A stretch of DNA of 63,927 nucleotides, counting the filler, from Craspedostauros australis (taxonomy: Eukaryota), in assembly GCA_030167865.1 (NCBI GenBank). It is 9 parts of 9 records of this genome, joined end to end, with 100 filler letters (N's around TTAATTAATTAA, not from the genome) between each part and the next. Parts side by side here need not be neighbours in the genome. Positions count along the whole stretch, not along the records: positions 57,861 to 63,927 come from JALAGF010004548.1; 8 more parts are not named here. The stretch is one strand, 5' to 3'. Within the stretch, counting starts at the first letter, position 1. Every line of letters begins with the position of its first letter. The notes beneath the pieces are model-generated. The model was not told the DNA's origin and searched no databases. It saw only the letters and a program-made list of their open reading frames with translations. A program made the position numbers and the translations under genes. Of the stretch, positions 60,465-63,927 are shown piece by piece.

Positions 60465-61488
60465 CCGATGGTCGATGCATTTATTGGATTTATCCACTGA
60501 GAGATCACCGAACCAGACCCGTTCAAACCACACTTCCGTGAGGGCCTTCCGCACCTCGTACAGAGTATGCCATTTTCCATGAAAGAACGAGATCTTCTTC
60601 ACTTTGGAGTCTCACTGCGCGTACCCTTGCGACTTGGAAGATGTCCGCATTCGGCCGATGCATGCAGGATGGGTTTGCTTTGGATGGAAAGTGGAATCGT
60701 CGTGCTTTTCACATCTGATCATGTACTGCTGTGCCGAATTGTTTGCTGCTCGTAGAATAGTACACGAACAATATAATAGTACGATGGGTCCACTACACGA
60801 CTGTTTGCTCCAGTCCACGGGGGTGCTCCGTTGCGCTGATGCAGCAAGCCTCCAACACAATGTGCGAGGAACCTGTTGTTTGGCGAACGTCGACCAAATG
60901 GACTAAATCGTTTCCGCGGAAGAGGTGAGCAAACACACAAACAAAACGCGTGGAAAATGATCGTGGATTGGTTGTCCATTTCTGTCGCGAAAGAATGGAA
61001 GACTGGAGAGAAGCAAGAGAGAGGAAGCAACAACAAGAGCATCCCCGCCGCTCGTGTTCACTCCGTTGCTTTGCGTCATTCCACTCTTGCAGGATCCTCG
61101 ATCGTCTCCACGTTCCAAGAATGTTGGTATTACACAATGATGACTTCCGACGCCAGTGCCAACGATCAACTCTCTCCTTCTGTGGCTGGCCACATTGGCG
61201 CCAAAGTTGATGGGGCGATCACAGCAGCACCGTGGGAACAATGCGAAATGACGAACATCATCAACCAGTAATCAACGCAATGTCATGCACGCTGGGTGAA
61301 ACGGAGCACGGGACACCACCGCCGACGACCATGAAACAGAACATGATCGCTTCATAAAAAGCAGACACAGATGCGGTCAAGGGACGACGATCAGCCAAGC
61401 AATCATTCAATCACATCGAACAAGCCCGTCGCATTGATCTGATTTCAGCAACAAGTGTCATCCCTTTACGACACATACCAGCTCCATC

Positions 61489-63927
61489 ATGGTCTTCATC
61501 CTCCCCCAACTCGTTGTGATGTTCGCCTCACCATTGCGCAACCACAACCATCACGTCTGGGCATCACTATCCACGGCCTCACCGTCTCTCCTTCCGCTCA
61601 AGTCGACCCCTGGTGATGCACCCCCGCCAACCATCACCAACCAGAATCTCCTGCGCGCCGCAGAACGAGGAGATGTGGACACCCTCACCGCGTGGAGGAC
61701 ATCATTTCCACAAACCTCCATCGACACGATCAAGGACGACCGTGACAAGACTGCACTCCACCTCGCATGCTCCAACGGCCAGCTTGACGTGATCAAGCAG
61801 TTGATGGAGTCATGTGGAGCAAACATCAATGCCCAATCAATGAATGGAGAGACTGCGCTACACTATGCATGCGCACAGGGCAACGTCGACGTTGTGGAAT
61901 ACCTAGCCGGGGCGCATGCTGCAGATGTCAACCTCCAGGACAACTTCGGCAAGGTGGCACTCCACGACGCATGCACCGAGGGGCATATGGCCATCGTGAA
62001 GACTCTGATCAAGGTGGATTCTGCAAGCGCTCTCGTGCAAGATGAGAAGGGTGAGAATGCCCTCCATGCCGCGTGTCTTCATGGACACTTGGATGTTGTG
62101 GAGTACCTCGTTGGATCATGCGGAGTCGACATCAATGTGCAAGATGATTTCGGCAATACTGCGATCCACGATGTGTGTCTGAAGGGTCATCTTGAAGTTT
62201 TGAAGTATGTGATGGAGAGTCGCACTGTGTCCATCAACGTTCAGAACAATGACGGCGATACCGCACTTCGTGTTGCTTACAGAAATGGTCATTTGGATGT
62301 TGCAGAGTACCTGGTGAAGTCGTGCAAGGCAGATATTCATGTTGAGAATGACACTGGTGGCGCGGCTCTTCAGTCTGCATATTCCAAAGGTCATCTGGAT
62401 GTTGTGAGATGGTTGGTGGAGTCAGGTCAGGTGGACGTCAATGCCAAAGACCAAAATGGTGACACTGCCCTTCACCGCGCAAGTGCTGGAGGCCATCTGG
62501 ATGTGGTGGAGTATTTGTTGAAGTCAGATGACCTGAAGGTGGATGGTAACGCCAAGAACAAGGCTGGCAACACTGCCCTTCACTGCGCAAGTGTTGGAGG
62601 TCACCTGGATTTGGTGAAGCATTTGTTGGACTCAGGCAACGCCAACATCGATGTCAGCGCCGAGAACAAGACTGGCAACACTGCACTCCATCTCGCAAGT
62701 GGCGATGACCATCTCGATGTTGTGAAGCAGCTGGTTGAATCCGGTAAGGCCAATATCAACGCTGAGAACGACGAGTGCGAGACTCCACTCCACAAGGCAT
62801 CGTTCAACAACCACTTCGATGTTGTCAAGTATCTCATCGGAACACCAAACATATATCCCAACGCCCGAGACGAGGATGGCAACACTGCGCTCCATCTGGC
62901 AAGTGGCGATGGCCATCTCGATGTTGTGAAGCAGCTGGTTGAATCCGGTAAGGCCAATATCAATGCTGAGAATCACGAGTGTGAGACTCCACTCCACAAG
63001 GCATCGTTCAACAACCACTTCGATGTTGTCAAGTATCTCATCGGAACACCCAATGCTGATTTGAACGTAAAAGACGAGGATGGCAACACCGTGCTCCATC
63101 TCGCAAGTGGCGATGGCCATCTCGATGTTGTGAAGCAGCTGGCTGAATCCGGTAAGGCCAATATCAACGCTGAGAACGACGAACACGAGACTCCACTCTA
63201 CAAGGCATATTGCCACAACCACTTCGATGTTGCCAAGTATCTCATCGGAACACCAAGCATACATCCCAACGCGCAAGACGAGGATGGCAACACCGTGCTC
63301 CATCTCGCAAGTGGCGATGGCCATCTCGATGTTGTGAAGCAGCTGGCTGAATCCGGTAAGGCCAATATCAACGCTGAGAATGACGAACACGAGACTCCAC
63401 TCTACAAGGCATATTGCCACAACCACTTCGATGTTGCCAAGTATCTCATCGGAACACCAAACATATATCCTAACTTCCGACACAAGGATGGCAACACCGT
63501 GCTCCATCTCGCAAGTGGCGATGGCCATCTCGATGTTGTGAAGCAGCTGGTTGAATCCGGTAAGGCCAATATCAACGCTGTGAACGACACATACGAGACT
63601 CCACTCTACAAGGCATATCACAACAATCATTTCGACATTTTCAAGTATCTGGTCGCAGCACCAAATGCTGATTTGAACGTAAAAGACGAGAAAGGCAAAA
63701 CCATCCTCCATCGCGCAAGCGCTAATGGTCATCTCGACGTTGTGAAGTCGTTGGTTGAACAAGGCAAGGTAGATGTCAACATCAAAACCAGCAATCATGG
63801 CAACACAGCAATGCACTTTGCGAGCATCAATGGCAGATTGGAAGTCATGAAGTATTTGGTGGAAGTCTGCAACGCAAAAATCAACATTCGGAACAAGTAT
63901 GGCGGAACTGCACTTCGGTTGGCAAGT
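61489..63927 (+). CDS. Long ankyrin-repeat protein (3'-partial; missing from the ORF track because it has no stop in the window)
   Basis: Open frame from ATG 61489 to the window end with about 20 G.T.LH.A...GH.DVVK.L repeats. Confidence 0.9.
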   Translation, partial: MVFILPQLVVMFASPLRNHNHHVWASLSTASPSLLPLKSTPGDAPPPTITNQNLLRAAERGDVDTLTAWRTSFPQTSIDTIKDDRDKTALHLACSNGQLDVIKQLMESCGANINAQSMNGETALHYACAQGNVDVVEYLAGAHAADVNLQDNFGKVALHDACTEGHMAIVKTLIKVDSASALVQDEKGENALHAACLHGHLDVVEYLVGSCGVDINVQDDFGNTAIHDVCLKGHLEVLKYVMESRTVSINVQNNDGDTALRVAYRNGHLDVAEYLVKSCKADIHVENDTGGAALQSAYSKGHLDVVRWLVESGQVDVNAKDQNGDTALHRASAGGHLDVVEYLLKSDDLKVDGNAKNKAGNTALHCASVGGHLDLVKHLLDSGNANIDVSAENKTGNTALHLASGDDHLDVVKQLVESGKANINAENDECETPLHKASFNNHFDVVKYLIGTPNIYPNARDEDGNTALHLASGDGHLDVVKQLVESGKANINAENHECETPLHKASFNNHFDVVKYLIGTPNADLNVKDEDGNTVLHLASGDGHLDVVKQLAESGKANINAENDEHETPLYKAYCHNHFDVAKYLIGTPSIHPNAQDEDGNTVLHLASGDGHLDVVKQLAESGKANINAENDEHETPLYKAYCHNHFDVAKYLIGTPNIYPNFRHKDGNTVLHLASGDGHLDVVKQLVESGKANINAVNDTYETPLYKAYHNNHFDIFKYLVAAPNADLNVKDEKGKTILHRASANGHLDVVKSLVEQGKVDVNIKTSNHGNTAMHFASINGRLEVMKYLVEVCNAKINIRNKYGGTALRLAS
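62674..63693 (+). repeat. Five tandem 204-bp units (two ankyrins each)
   Basis: GGCAACAC unit starts at 62674, 62878, 63082, 63286 and 63490. Confidence 0.92.

Noticed and set aside
62601..63816. Repetitive hydrophobic minus-strand ORFs (394 aa and others)
   Set aside because: Antisense shadows of the plus-strand ankyrin gene.

Overview
Eukaryotic nuclear DNA, very probably a diatom (Ambal-type LINE, CoDi-type copia with a QVDD RT motif, RXL-bearing secreted proteins, GT-AG introns). It is about nine contigs joined by N-runs that carry an artificial TTAATTAATTAA linker, so adjacency across those linkers is unproven. The window is rich in nested transposons. An ~8.8-kb APE-RT-RNaseH LINE with an 18-bp target-site duplication splits a BTB gene, and its ORF1 is itself split by a 206-bp element. 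There is also a copia element (predicted -1 frameshift, PDZ-like insert), a truncated mariner, several repeat ends and a 3.2-kb duplicated segment. Host genes include two ankyrin proteins, a giant acidic 20-aa-repeat protein, two paralogous secreted Cys-rich proteins, a COG3899-like AAA ATPase, a 4-exon cathepsin X and an orphan cystathionine gamma-synthase C-terminus. The best candidate for something new is the 206-bp element: TA...TA ends, a 5-bp TSD and a TATA + tRNA-like Pol III unit, resembling a solo LTR of a tRNA-bearing Cassandra-like retroelement. All family assignments come from motif recognition by eye; no searches were run.
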